The notes beneath the pieces are model-generated. The model saw nothing but the letters and a program-made list of their open reading frames with translations. It ran no database searches and had not been told where the DNA came from. From assembly GCA_038861545.1 (NCBI GenBank), contig JAWCCZ010000006.1, positions 5,093-69,092 on the forward strand: a stretch of DNA of 64,000 nt, read 5' to 3'. Positions within the stretch are counted from its first letter, which is position 1. Every line of letters begins with the position of its first letter. This document shows positions 8,867 to 18,070 of this stretch, in pieces. The stretch is from Thermofilaceae archaeon (GTDB lineage: Archaea > Thermoproteota > Thermoprotei > Thermofilales > Thermofilaceae). Position numbers and translations under genes: made by a program.

Positions 8867-9745
8867 CTACCGCATTCTCCTTATCCTATACTCGCAGCAC
8901 TCATCCCCTTTTGCTGCACATTTCGTTTCGTCTACTGTAATGTCATCGATTCCAGCTTTCCAGTAGCCTGCAGCTATGCCTGAGATAAACCCTCTTACAA
9001 TGGCGCCCCTTGCCCCCTTTTCATTCTTGAAAATGGAGCATTCAAAGCTGTTGTAGACTCTGGCGATGCACTCACCGCCGGTAATCTTTTCGAATTTAAG
9101 TATTCCATAACCTAACATTCTAAAAACTTCTTCAATTAATTTGAATCGTTCATCGATACTATAGGGAAGATTATCGATGTGAACTTCGTACTCTCTTTTA
9201 GCCCCGTTAAAAAATGCGCGGTAGAGCACTGCGGCAAAAGCCGGTCCGAGTTCTCTCCACCCACCTTTTAACATACCCTCAAGCATCCCTTGATTCATGA
9301 TGAAAGCCCTTTCGCCTTGGAACGTAAGCGGAAACGACCATGTATCCACAACTATACCGTTAAACAGCGGGGGAGCATAGTTAGCATTAACCACATGCTT
9401 CCGACGCTTTAAGTTGTCCGCTAGCCTGTCAGCAAGCTTTTCCTTACCCTTTAAATCCACAGCGATTAAAACTCTGACTGGGTCGCCCGGGTTAGTAGTC
9501 GATACTTTAACTTGGAGTATTTGCAACTCTTCGCCTGAGAATACAGAAAGCAGTTCAGCCAGTATACCCACTTCTCGAAAGGCTTCAGGTTTTAGCGTAA
9601 TGTTGTAGTAGTAGGGTCTAGCATCAGGTGCGAAGATTAAGCGCCCTACCTCGTAGGGTTTCCACCCCACTACCTCTTTTTCACTTGAAAAAAGACTCAT
9701 GGTCTTAGGAGAAGGCTTTAGCACGTATATATAGGTTCTGCTCAA
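8867..9745 (-). CDS. V4R (4-vinyl reductase-type) domain protein
   Basis: 292 aa. The C-terminus is ARVYNSFEC...GAIVRGFISGIAAGYW...ETKCAAKGDECCEYRI, the Cys pattern of V4R small-molecule-binding domains. The N-terminal half is not recognised. Confidence 0.55.
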   Translation of the reverse strand: MSRTYIYVLKPSPKTMSLFSSEKEVVGWKPYEVGRLIFAPDARPYYYNITLKPEAFREVGILAELLSVFSGEELQILQVKVSTTNPGDPVRVLIAVDLKGKEKLADRLADNLKRRKHVVNANYAPPLFNGIVVDTWSFPLTFQGERAFIMNQGMLEGMLKGGWRELGPAFAAVLYRAFFNGAKREYEVHIDNLPYSIDERFKLIEEVFRMLGYGILKFEKITGGECIARVYNSFECSIFKNEKGARGAIVRGFISGIAAGYWKAGIDDITVDETKCAAKGDECCEYRIRRMR

Positions 9746-9850
9746 TGAATAACTCCTCGATCTGCCTCTAATACTTTGAAATAAACTTTGGCAGCAACTA
9801 GGTTAACGCTGTAGTTGTTCTAAAAAAGCGTTCTTTAAACCGCTACTTCT

Positions 9851-11047
9851 TTAACTTGAAGACTCCAATGTTTCCGCTACTCTATCGGCGAGTCCTCCTC
9901 CGCCGAAGCGTGCCCAAATAGCACATGTGCCTTCGCTTGAAACCATACAGGGACCGTAAGGTTTCAACGGTGTGCAAGCTCTCATAAACAGTGGGCAATC
10001 AACCGGCTTCGCGAGGCCCATAATTACTTCCGGGCATCTGCATCCATTATGCATATTTTTCTTCTCCTCTACTTTCTTTAAACCATACGCATCATACGCG
10101 TCATAAACTTTATAGAAGGTTTTAAGCTCGAGACCACTCGATGGTATAAAGCCTAGTCCGCGCCAGTGGGAGTCCACGACTTCAAAAACATTTTCAATTA
10201 ATTTCTTCGCAAGCATGTTTCCGTTCCAAGAAACCACACGCGTGTACTCAATCCTAGCGCCAGATACCTTGTTGAGGATCATCTTCAGGAGAACTGAAAT
10301 TGATATCAGTAAATCTATTGGCTCGAAGCCGGATACCACGGCTGGGAGCCTGAGATCTTTGGCCAGCTGATCCCACGGCCCCGCTCCTATTACAGCGGAA
10401 ACGTGGCCTGGCGCTATAATGCCACTCACAGGGTCCAACCCATGTTCCGTAATAGTGAGAATAGCATGTCTTGCGGCAGGTGGAGTTAAACGCAATGCCG
10501 TTAACAATTTCAAGTTGTCTGGCACGGCTCCCCGGGATAGGGGGAGTGCATAGCTAGGAGCAGTAGTCTCGAAACCGATCGCGAGAAATACGGACTCTCT
10601 ACCGGAAACTCTAACATGTTTTACGGCATCTAGGAAGCTGTAAACCACCTTCACGTCGCCTCCCTGAGCTTTCGCCTCAGCAAGGTTGCGCGTACCTTGA
10701 ACCTGTCTCATAGCTGGCAACTTGTATGCGTCACCGAATGTGTAAACTGTGATTCCATCTAACGCTAACTTAATTGCGTTCTCAATGCAATACGAGGGAG
10801 TTATACAAACAGGACATCCAGGTCCAGCAATGAGCTCAACATTCGGCGGCATAAGGCTTCTAACCCCATAATGGACTGTAGTCCACTCATGTGTACCGCA
10901 GAAGTTCATTAACTTAATGGGTTTTTTCCCACGTTGCGCGAGTTCTGACGCCAGCTTGTGAAGTAGTTTGGTGACACGTTGCGCGAGTTCTTTATTCTTC
11001 AGTAGTAGATTCAAATTATTTTCTATGGGCTGCAAGTCAAACACCAC
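9851..11047 (-). CDS. hypD: hydrogenase maturation protein HypD
   Basis: 398 aa. Motifs NFCGTHEW, GPGCPVCITP, GFETTAPS and APGHVSAVIG are present, plus the C-terminal Cys cluster CRCPEV...CPLF...CTP...GPCMVSSEGTC. Confidence 0.9.
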   Translation of the reverse strand: MVFDLQPIENNLNLLLKNKELAQRVTKLLHKLASELAQRGKKPIKLMNFCGTHEWTTVHYGVRSLMPPNVELIAGPGCPVCITPSYCIENAIKLALDGITVYTFGDAYKLPAMRQVQGTRNLAEAKAQGGDVKVVYSFLDAVKHVRVSGRESVFLAIGFETTAPSYALPLSRGAVPDNLKLLTALRLTPPAARHAILTITEHGLDPVSGIIAPGHVSAVIGAGPWDQLAKDLRLPAVVSGFEPIDLLISISVLLKMILNKVSGARIEYTRVVSWNGNMLAKKLIENVFEVVDSHWRGLGFIPSSGLELKTFYKVYDAYDAYGLKKVEEKKNMHNGCRCPEVIMGLAKPVDCPLFMRACTPLKPYGPCMVSSEGTCAIWARFGGGGLADRVAETLESSS

Positions 11048-11096
11048 CTTACTCGATGGAAGTTAACTAACAATCCTCTTTAATCCTTCTATGTTA

Positions 11097-11456
11097 CTAA
11101 CAGGTTAGATGGAAAGCGCCTAAAACCCTCCTACCTTCTTCTACAAGTATATTATATAGTTCTACGGCTTTTCTTGTATCTGCTATGTATACCTTAACTC
11201 CTTTAGCTTTGAAGTAATCAGTTACTTCTTCTAGAACCTCCATCATACCGTTATAACCTGTACCTATTACCACGTATTCAATGTCTGAGTTCTTCAATTC
11301 ACCAAAGTCCTTCAACTTTAGTAGGTGTCCTTCCCCACGCCACCATGGGCTTAAAACACCTCTGGGCGTAATTATCAGATCACTGCTGTATGCTTTTCCA
11401 GCTATAACTATTTTCCCGAATTTGTACTCTTCGATACGGTGTTGCATATGGAACAT
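11097..11456 (-). CDS. Mth938-like (DUF498) domain protein
   Basis: 119 aa. YKFGKIVIAGKAYSSDLII...VVIGTGYNGMMEV...GVKVYIADTRKAVELYN matches the Mth938 family pattern. Confidence 0.6.
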   Translation of the reverse strand: MFHMQHRIEEYKFGKIVIAGKAYSSDLIITPRGVLSPWWRGEGHLLKLKDFGELKNSDIEYVVIGTGYNGMMEVLEEVTDYFKAKGVKVYIADTRKAVELYNILVEEGRRVLGAFHLTC

Positions 11457-11470
11457 TTTGTAACTATGGT

Positions 11471-12157
11471 TTAAACTTTGCTTTCAGAAAGCCTTGCCGC
11501 GTCTATAGCCCCCCTCAGTAGCATATACGCCCTTATAGCATCCTCTCTTTGCACAATAAAGAGCGTGTCCGTGTGAGTAGAGATAAGCTGAGTGATGTTA
11601 ACCCCATGAAACCCTAGTAGAGTAGCCAAGTAGGCTATCACTCCAGGTGTGGTTATTATATCGGGAGGACTTACCAACACCACAGCAGCTTGATCCCTGT
11701 ATACGGCTTCGATCCACTGACGTTCTAGCTCGCTTAACATGCTGTCTATATAGTCGTCATCCGTAACAATTGTAAGTGTTCGAATCCCTTGAGTAAGTTG
11801 AAAAAGACGAGCTTTCGGTGCCGTACTCAGTGCTTTAGAAAGCAAGGTTAGCGGGTCTATCCCCCTTAAAGTCAAAAGCCCTACATCGTCTATCAGCGAG
11901 GCGGTGCTTTCCCTAATAACTTTAAGCACGTCTACACTACTTACTCGTGCAGTAAACTGATCATGAAATCTTAAAATAGCCATTTTTACCGCTGCCTCGC
12001 TCACTTTTCTGCCCAGTTTATTCTCAACTTCTTTTTTCAACAGACGCGCTAAAGCTGAATAATTAACGATTTGCATTTCTAGTGAAGCCAAAATAAGCGG
12101 TTTGGATAAAAGTAGCTCTTGAACTACTCGGCTAACATTCCCATATTCCCACTGCAT
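11471..12157 (-). CDS. putative regulator with C-terminal ACT-like domain
   Basis: 228 aa. The C-terminal segment VVLVSPPDIITTPGVIAYLATLLGFHGVNITQLISTHTDTLFIV looks like an ACT fold. It is divergent from the amino-acid ABC operon. The family assignment is tentative. Confidence 0.4.
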   Translation of the reverse strand: MQWEYGNVSRVVQELLLSKPLILASLEMQIVNYSALARLLKKEVENKLGRKVSEAAVKMAILRFHDQFTARVSSVDVLKVIRESTASLIDDVGLLTLRGIDPLTLLSKALSTAPKARLFQLTQGIRTLTIVTDDDYIDSMLSELERQWIEAVYRDQAAVVLVSPPDIITTPGVIAYLATLLGFHGVNITQLISTHTDTLFIVQREDAIRAYMLLRGAIDAARLSESKV

Positions 12158-12306
12158 GTTAAGAAAAGTAATTTAAGAAGTATTTTAGCTATACTATGTA
12201 CCATTAATTTAAAATTTGTTTTATTTGTAACAAAAATGGTTTAACACATCACTGACTATATCATAATGAATTTTTAGCAATACACCGAAGCCCTCTTTGA
12301 TAGGAA

Positions 12307-13125
12307 ATGGTTTCGAAAAACATTTTATGGATTTTAGTAGCCTTTATAGCGGGTTTAGCTGTTGGTTACTTTTTACCAATGCTTGTTCAGCAAGGAGGTG
12401 AGCAGTATGTTCAAAAAATTAAGCAGAGAGGAGTCCTTATAATGGGTACTTCTGCTGATTGGCCACCTTTCGAGTACGTGGACAAAGCTGGGAACGTTGT
12501 GGGAATAGATGCGGAGATCGCGAAAAGAATAGCTCAGGAGCTTGGAGTGAGGTTAGAGGTTAAGGATATGAAGTTTGCTGCGCTTATTGAAGCTCTAAAA
12601 GGAGGGCAAGTAGATATTGTATTAGCCGATATGACTCCCACGGCGGAGCGGGGTAAACAGGTAGATTTCTCCATACCTTACTACTTCAGCAAAGGTAATG
12701 CAGTAATTGTGTTGGAGAGTCGTTTAGGTGAGTTTAAAGGTATTAACGACTTTCATGGGAAAAAAGTTGGCGTGCAGTTAGGTACAATTCAAGAGGAGTG
12801 GGCTAACGATAACTTAGGTGGTAAGGCTGAGGTAATTCCGTATGATAGAGTGTACCCAGAGATGGTTATGGCGCTTCAAAGAGGAGACATTGATGCTATA
12901 ATTGTCGGAGATATCATGGCAGACGCTGTGATGCATAAGGTTTCAGGCCTGGAGTTAGCTTTTTACGCTGGAGGTACTAGAATTGGTGCGGCTGTAGCTG
13001 TGCCTAAAGGCGCTGATGATCTACTTTACGTGGTTAACAGTGTAATCGAAAATATGCTAGAGAGTGGCGAGATGGAGGCGCTGCTACAAACAGAAGTTTC
13101 AAAGTGGCTTGAAGCTGGCGGCTGA
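12307..13125 (+). CDS. polar amino-acid ABC transporter substrate-binding protein (SBP family 3)
   Basis: N-terminal TM anchor, then GTSADWPPFEYVD..G..VGIDAEIAKRIAQELG...DIVLADMTPTAERGKQVDFSIPYY. Confidence 0.85.
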   Translation: MVSKNILWILVAFIAGLAVGYFLPMLVQQGGEQYVQKIKQRGVLIMGTSADWPPFEYVDKAGNVVGIDAEIAKRIAQELGVRLEVKDMKFAALIEALKGGQVDIVLADMTPTAERGKQVDFSIPYYFSKGNAVIVLESRLGEFKGINDFHGKKVGVQLGTIQEEWANDNLGGKAEVIPYDRVYPEMVMALQRGDIDAIIVGDIMADAVMHKVSGLELAFYAGGTRIGAAVAVPKGADDLLYVVNSVIENMLESGEMEALLQTEVSKWLEAGG

Positions 13126-13143
13126 GGTAAAGGGATGATGTAA

Positions 13144-13815
13144 ATGGAGCCTTTGTTCTTCATCTTAGGTATAATACCAGATCTGATTAGGGGCTTATGG
13201 ATTACTCTTCAGATTAGCCTGATTTCTTTTGCTTTAGGAATCATGCTTGCAATCGTCCTAGCTCCTGTGAGGGTTTTCGCACCTGAGCCAGCTCCTTTAA
13301 TCATAAGAGGGTATGTTGAAGCTTTCAGGGGGACACCTCTGCTTGTGCAGCTATTGCTTATATATTTCGGTCTTCCATCTCTAGGAATCAAGCTCGACGC
13401 TTACGCTGCATGTGTGCTAGCTTTGGGTTTAAACAGCGCCGCCTATCAAGCGGAAATTTTCAGGGGTGCAATGAAAAGCATTCCGGAAACACAGTTCCTT
13501 GCGGCTGAATCGCTCGGCTTTAGTGAAGGTCAGACTTATAGATATGTTGTGCTTCCACAGGCGCTCAGGGTAGCGACTCCAGCGCTTGTAAACGAGCTAG
13601 TAACATTGGTCAAAGAGAGTTCTTTAGCATCTGTCATAGGTGTGGTGGAGCTCACGAGAAGGGGGGAGTATCTAGTCGCTTATACATTTAGAGCCCTAGA
13701 GGTTTACATGGCGGTCGCGCTAGTATACCTAGTTGTTTGCGCACTTGCATCACAGGCAGTTAAACAGCTTGAATCAAAGTTTAGGATACCGGGTTACGAG
13801 AAGGTGGTAGCATGA
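13144..13815 (+). CDS. polar amino-acid ABC transporter permease (His/Glu/Gln/Arg family)
   Basis: 223 aa. FRGTPLLVQLLLIYFGLP and the EAA-like loop AAESLGFSEGQTYRYVVLPQALR are present. Confidence 0.9.
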   Translation: MEPLFFILGIIPDLIRGLWITLQISLISFALGIMLAIVLAPVRVFAPEPAPLIIRGYVEAFRGTPLLVQLLLIYFGLPSLGIKLDAYAACVLALGLNSAAYQAEIFRGAMKSIPETQFLAAESLGFSEGQTYRYVVLPQALRVATPALVNELVTLVKESSLASVIGVVELTRRGEYLVAYTFRALEVYMAVALVYLVVCALASQAVKQLESKFRIPGYEKVVA

Positions 13816-14567
13816 ATGACTTTCTACTGAAAGTTGAGGAGCTTAGAGCCGGCTACGATGGCCTTGAGGTGCTGAAAGGCGTCAATCTCAATTTAAGTAG
13901 AAGTGAGAAAGTGGTGGTAATGGGACCTAGCGGCTCCGGGAAAAGTACTCTATTAAAGTGCATAGTAAGACTGGTTGAACCTTGGGGTGGCAGGATCTTC
14001 CTTGATGGAGACGAAGTGACCTGCAAGCAGGTCGACCTGAGAAGGATTAGGGCTAAAACCGGTTTCGTTTTTCAGCAATATAACCTGTTCCCACATATGA
14101 CCGTATTGAAGAACTTAACTTTACCCTTAGAAATCGTAAAGAAAATGTCGAGGTCGGAAGCCGAGAGTAAAGCGATGTATATGCTGAAAGCTTTCGGGCT
14201 TGAAGAGTTTGCTGATAAATACCCGCTTCAACTGAGCGGTGGTCAGCAACAAAGAGTTGCAATTGCTAGGGCGCTGGTGATGGAGCCAGTTCTTCTCTTG
14301 CTCGATGAACCGACTTCAGCTTTAGATCCAGAGCTCAGACAGGAAGTTTTGGATACTCTATTAGAAGTGGCGAGGCAAGGGAGGTCCATGCTTATAGTGA
14401 CTCACGAGCTGGATTTTGCCGAAGCGGCTGCTGATAGGTTAATTTTAATGGATAACGGGTTAGTAGTGGAAGAGGGTGATCCGTGGGAGCTGCTTCATAC
14501 ACCTAGAAGCGATAGAGCCCGTAGATTCTTAGTTAAGATCGCTAAGAGCGCTCAATCAGCTGCTTAA
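13812..14567 (+). CDS. polar amino-acid ABC transporter ATP-binding protein
   Basis: Walker A GPSGSGKST, signature LSGGQQQRVAIARA, Walker B LLLLDEPTSALD. It overlaps the permease by 4 nt. Confidence 0.9.
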   Translation: MNDFLLKVEELRAGYDGLEVLKGVNLNLSRSEKVVVMGPSGSGKSTLLKCIVRLVEPWGGRIFLDGDEVTCKQVDLRRIRAKTGFVFQQYNLFPHMTVLKNLTLPLEIVKKMSRSEAESKAMYMLKAFGLEEFADKYPLQLSGGQQQRVAIARALVMEPVLLLLDEPTSALDPELRQEVLDTLLEVARQGRSMLIVTHELDFAEAAADRLILMDNGLVVEEGDPWELLHTPRSDRARRFLVKIAKSAQSAA

Positions 14568-14967
14568 TTTTGCTCAGGTACCTAGCAATCTTCACTGTTT
14601 CCGGCTCTATTTCCCAAACTTTCCCTCCCTCAATAACTAGGTGTTTTCTCGGAAAGCCTCCCACGATTTTGTCTACTTCCTCCACAGCTAGGTGAAGTTG
14701 TAAACAGTGGGGGCTTCCATCTACTGTTAACACAGAAACATTTTCGAGCTGAATCCTAGAGGCTATGGAAGCCAGCTTTAGCGCGACAACATTGAACTGG
14801 TATTCTTCCATGCAAACAGCAAGGGGAACCCGATTCTCCGCGTATTTCTCATAGATCTGAGGATACTCGTCTCGTATACATGTTCCATATATAAGCAGGC
14901 GTTTGCTTTCCCTAAGCTCCTTACAGGCAACATTGACATCGAGCAGCTTTCTATATGGGCCCTTCAC
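14542..14967 (-). CDS. hypothetical protein (four conserved-looking Cys)
   Basis: 141-aa ORF whose 3' end overlaps the convergent ABC ATPase gene by 26 nt. It overlaps the next gene by 4 nt. No family recognised. Confidence 0.5.
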   Translation of the reverse strand: MKGPYRKLLDVNVACKELRESKRLLIYGTCIRDEYPQIYEKYAENRVPLAVCMEEYQFNVVALKLASIASRIQLENVSVLTVDGSPHCLQLHLAVEEVDKIVGGFPRKHLVIEGGKVWEIEPETVKIARYLSKIKQLIERS

Positions 14968-15419
14968 TGTACTTCCTCACTGTAACTATCTATGATCGTT
15001 TTCACCTTATCGAGGAGCGGCGCAAGATCCTCCGCTTCGGCTTTCTCCAGCTCGTGTAAAAGTGTTCTTAACTCGTCCCTGTAGTGGCTGGATATACTTT
15101 CCCCCTTATCGATCAGCGTGGCTATCATTCTTCTAGCTAAACAGCTGGCCTCATCCTTTGTCGCTGATGCTAGTCTTGCCTTCCAATCGCTCCAGATCTT
15201 TACTTTACTCTCATCCAAGTTAACCGATAAAAGGGCATACTCTTTGACAGCTACTACCAGCTCGTTACCTAGGACGTAAGTGTATACAAGGTTTGGGGCT
15301 TCCGTGGTAAGCCTCCTTAAAGCGTTAAGCAAGCTTTCTTCTCTTAGAGTAGCTGCAAGGACGCGCGCGTCTTCAAGCGTCGGCCTGATCGCCTCTATAC
15401 CGGTGACGGATCGTTCCAC
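14964..15419 (-). CDS. hypothetical protein
   Basis: 151-aa helical ORF, translationally coupled to 14542..14967. No family recognised. Confidence 0.5.
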   Translation of the reverse strand: MERSVTGIEAIRPTLEDARVLAATLREESLLNALRRLTTEAPNLVYTYVLGNELVVAVKEYALLSVNLDESKVKIWSDWKARLASATKDEASCLARRMIATLIDKGESISSHYRDELRTLLHELEKAEAEDLAPLLDKVKTIIDSYSEEVQ

Positions 15420-15611
15420 ATGGTTGGCGTGAAAAACTCATTAAATAATTTTCCGGTAAATTTAACGACTCAAACACCAGTTAGTAACGCAATTTGTCAA
15501 GATTTGTTGGCTTTCATTAAAGAATTGTATAGTTACAAGGTATAGAGTAACGGGCTACAGATACTGTTGAGACAGTGGGAAAGAGGGTGAAACTTTCAAG
15601 CTTATGAGTTT

Positions 15612-16670
15612 TTATAGTATTTTTCCTCTAACCTCATATCCTTTACTGCAAAGCTCTGCGACGCCTTTCTTCAACGCCTCCCTTAGTTCAGCAGCCTTTT
15701 CCTCCGGTAGGGAATCATAGGTGAATGTCCACGCGCCCCACTCGATTCCGGCTGCATACTTCAGCTTATCTTTATCTCGGTGTAGAGGGTAGAACTCGAG
15801 ATGTAAATGATAATACTCAGCGTTCAGCTTGCAAGGCTTTTGGTGGAAAATTAACATATAGGGGAGGCTGAAACTGAATAAATTGTTATACATGGCCGTA
15901 GTAACCTTAAGTATATCAGCAAGGAGAAATACTTCCCATTCGTTTAACTCTGTTAAAGAGCTTACATGCCTATTCGGGTAGACGTGTACCTCATAAGGCC
16001 ACATCGCAAAGAAGGGGAGAAAAGCCGTGAAGCTGTCATTTGCGTATAGAAGTCTAACTCCCTCCCCCTTTTCAAGCTCGAGAATCCTACATAAAAGACA
16101 ACCTCCCTTCTTCTCCCAGTAACGCTTCATGTTCTTAACCTCTTGCTGAACTCGTGGAGGAATGAAAGGTAACGCGTAAACTTGGCTGTGAGGATGAGTA
16201 AGCGATACTCCAATAACTTCACCCTTATTTCGGAAAGGTATAACGTATTGAATTTCGGGGTCGCTGCAGAGTTCTTTAGTTACCCGAGATAATTCTTGAA
16301 TGTATTTAACTATGTTTTCAAAGGGTATATCGCTTAAATCACCTTCATGTTGCGATGTTTCGATGATTACTTTACAGTAACCGTAGCCAGCTTTTACCTT
16401 ATATAAATCGTTGCTTCCTCTTGAAGTCTTAGCATTCATCCTTAAGGCTGGGAATCTATTGTCAAGCGTTAGCACATCCCAGCCGTAACCTGTTTCTGGC
16501 GCCCCAGGGCAGAATGGGCATCCACCGCTGCGCCACGGCCTTCCCTTTCTCTTGCTAGAGACAACGATCCACGCCCCTAGGAGAGGATTCCAACGAAGCT
16601 CATTATATGTTTCTTCCATCGAGAAACCCCGACCTGAGGCAAAGATAAATGTGTCCATATTGGTTCTCAT
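15612..16670 (-). CDS. galT: galactose-1-phosphate uridylyltransferase family (HIT branch III) protein
   Basis: 352 aa. ELRWNPLLGAWIVVS, the zinc motif CPFCPG, and the active-site SLTHPHSQVYA (HxHxQ) are present. A related nucleotidyl-phosphorylase activity cannot be excluded. The start could be the internal ATG at 16619. Confidence 0.8.
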   Translation of the reverse strand: MRTNMDTFIFASGRGFSMEETYNELRWNPLLGAWIVVSSKRKGRPWRSGGCPFCPGAPETGYGWDVLTLDNRFPALRMNAKTSRGSNDLYKVKAGYGYCKVIIETSQHEGDLSDIPFENIVKYIQELSRVTKELCSDPEIQYVIPFRNKGEVIGVSLTHPHSQVYALPFIPPRVQQEVKNMKRYWEKKGGCLLCRILELEKGEGVRLLYANDSFTAFLPFFAMWPYEVHVYPNRHVSSLTELNEWEVFLLADILKVTTAMYNNLFSFSLPYMLIFHQKPCKLNAEYYHLHLEFYPLHRDKDKLKYAAGIEWGAWTFTYDSLPEEKAAELREALKKGVAELCSKGYEVRGKIL

Positions 16671-16671
16671 C

Positions 16672-16911
16672 CTAGAGTCCTGCTATACTGTCTAGTGGGA
16701 AGTTTTCCTTCTCAGGATCACAGATAAGCCAGTGTTTTTCTGTGTTGAACGAACCTTCCAGTAAAACCTTTCTCAGGGCTGAGAAATACTTCTTTTCAGC
16801 AACGGTTATGCTATGCTTCGAGTTTATTACTGAAACTACCACTTCCACGGCAAATAGAACTATTCTAGAAGAAGCATACTGGTCAACAGGGTCTTCCCTA
16901 GCCCCTATCAT
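16672..16911 (-). CDS. hypothetical protein or 3' remnant of a truncated gene
   Basis: 79-aa ORF ending 1 nt before the GalT start. The same frame stays open upstream to 17091 without any ATG, GTG or TTG, so it may be an N-terminally decayed gene. Confidence 0.25.
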   Translation of the reverse strand: MIGAREDPVDQYASSRIVLFAVEVVVSVINSKHSITVAEKKYFSALRKVLLEGSFNTEKHWLICDPEKENFPLDSIAGL

Positions 16912-17197
16912 GGCATTGCGATGCCTTGCATCGTAAATAAGGGTTAGATGGATTGGTACCCTAAGACCCAGGGATACTAGTTCCGATAAAAACCGAGAGT
17001 ATCTATCTGAATGGAGTTCTAATGCGTGGAAAAATGTAATCGTTTTCTTTACTCTAGTGTCTTCCAGAAACGATAGAAAAACCTTAAACCTTTACTGTCA
17101 ATAAAGAAAGATTCGCCATAACGTATATTGTTAACAGCCTTTTTCAACTATTTATTTTTAATTCCTCGCTTGGTTATTGTTTTTCCATCGTAGTAAT

Positions 17198-18064
17198 TTA
17201 CCCTAGAATATAGGCTAGAAAGAGGACTGATACTATAAGCAGGATGGCTGAAAAAAAGGTAGGCTTATCGTTAATGATGATCTCGTGTGGATGTTCTCCT
17301 ACGCCTTTCTCTAAGGCTAGAGTGTAGCGTAAGAGGAAAAATGCCATTACGGGAACTGTGGGAATAAGCCTTCGACCAAGTGGTACCTCAGCACAGTAAA
17401 CCGCGTAAGTTACGATGGTCATAGCCGTTGTCATGCTTAAAGCTTGGTCTAACCACTGGATACTGTATTCTTTTAGGCTCTCTCTTGCTTTAACACCGGA
17501 TAACATGTGCTCCGCCTTTCTCTTACTGAGAGCTAAAAATAGAGCTAAGAAGAAGAAACCGGTGACGAGCCAGGGGGAGACCTCAATTTCAAGTAGGAAA
17601 GCTCCGGAGACAACTCTTAGCAAATAGTTTAACGCGATAGCCGTGACATCTACTACTGCTATGTGTTTCAAAGCAAAGCTGTACACATAAGATAAAGTTA
17701 TGTAAGCTGCGATGCAGAGAGCAAATACGTAGTCAAGGAAATAAGCTGTTGCTAGAGAAAATATAGCGAGGGCAGCAGATAATATAGCCGCTTCTCTGAC
17801 ACTTATGCGCCCAGAAGGTAAAGGCCTTTCCTTTTTCCTCGGGTGCAGCTTGTCTCGTTGAAGATCCATGATATCGTTAAATGCGTATACGGAACTCGCT
17901 GCAGTGGAAAGAGTAAGGAAACCTATAGCTAGAAGAGGATATATACGCAAGTCTACGAGCTTAAGTGAAAAAACAGCTGGAATTGCAATCATCAAATTTT
18001 TATACCATTGCTCGATGCGAATTAAATCCAGGTACGCGCGCATTTTTTTCGAGATGACCCGCAT
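17198..18064 (-). CDS. UbiA-family prenyltransferase (decaprenyl-phosphate phosphoribosyltransferase-like subgroup)
   Basis: 288 aa, polytopic. The Asp-rich motif is NDIMDLQRDKLHPRKKERPLPSG. Confidence 0.75.
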   Translation of the reverse strand: MRVISKKMRAYLDLIRIEQWYKNLMIAIPAVFSLKLVDLRIYPLLAIGFLTLSTAASSVYAFNDIMDLQRDKLHPRKKERPLPSGRISVREAAILSAALAIFSLATAYFLDYVFALCIAAYITLSYVYSFALKHIAVVDVTAIALNYLLRVVSGAFLLEIEVSPWLVTGFFFLALFLALSKRKAEHMLSGVKARESLKEYSIQWLDQALSMTTAMTIVTYAVYCAEVPLGRRLIPTVPVMAFFLLRYTLALEKGVGEHPHEIIINDKPTFFSAILLIVSVLFLAYILG

Positions 18065-18070
18065 TCCCCT

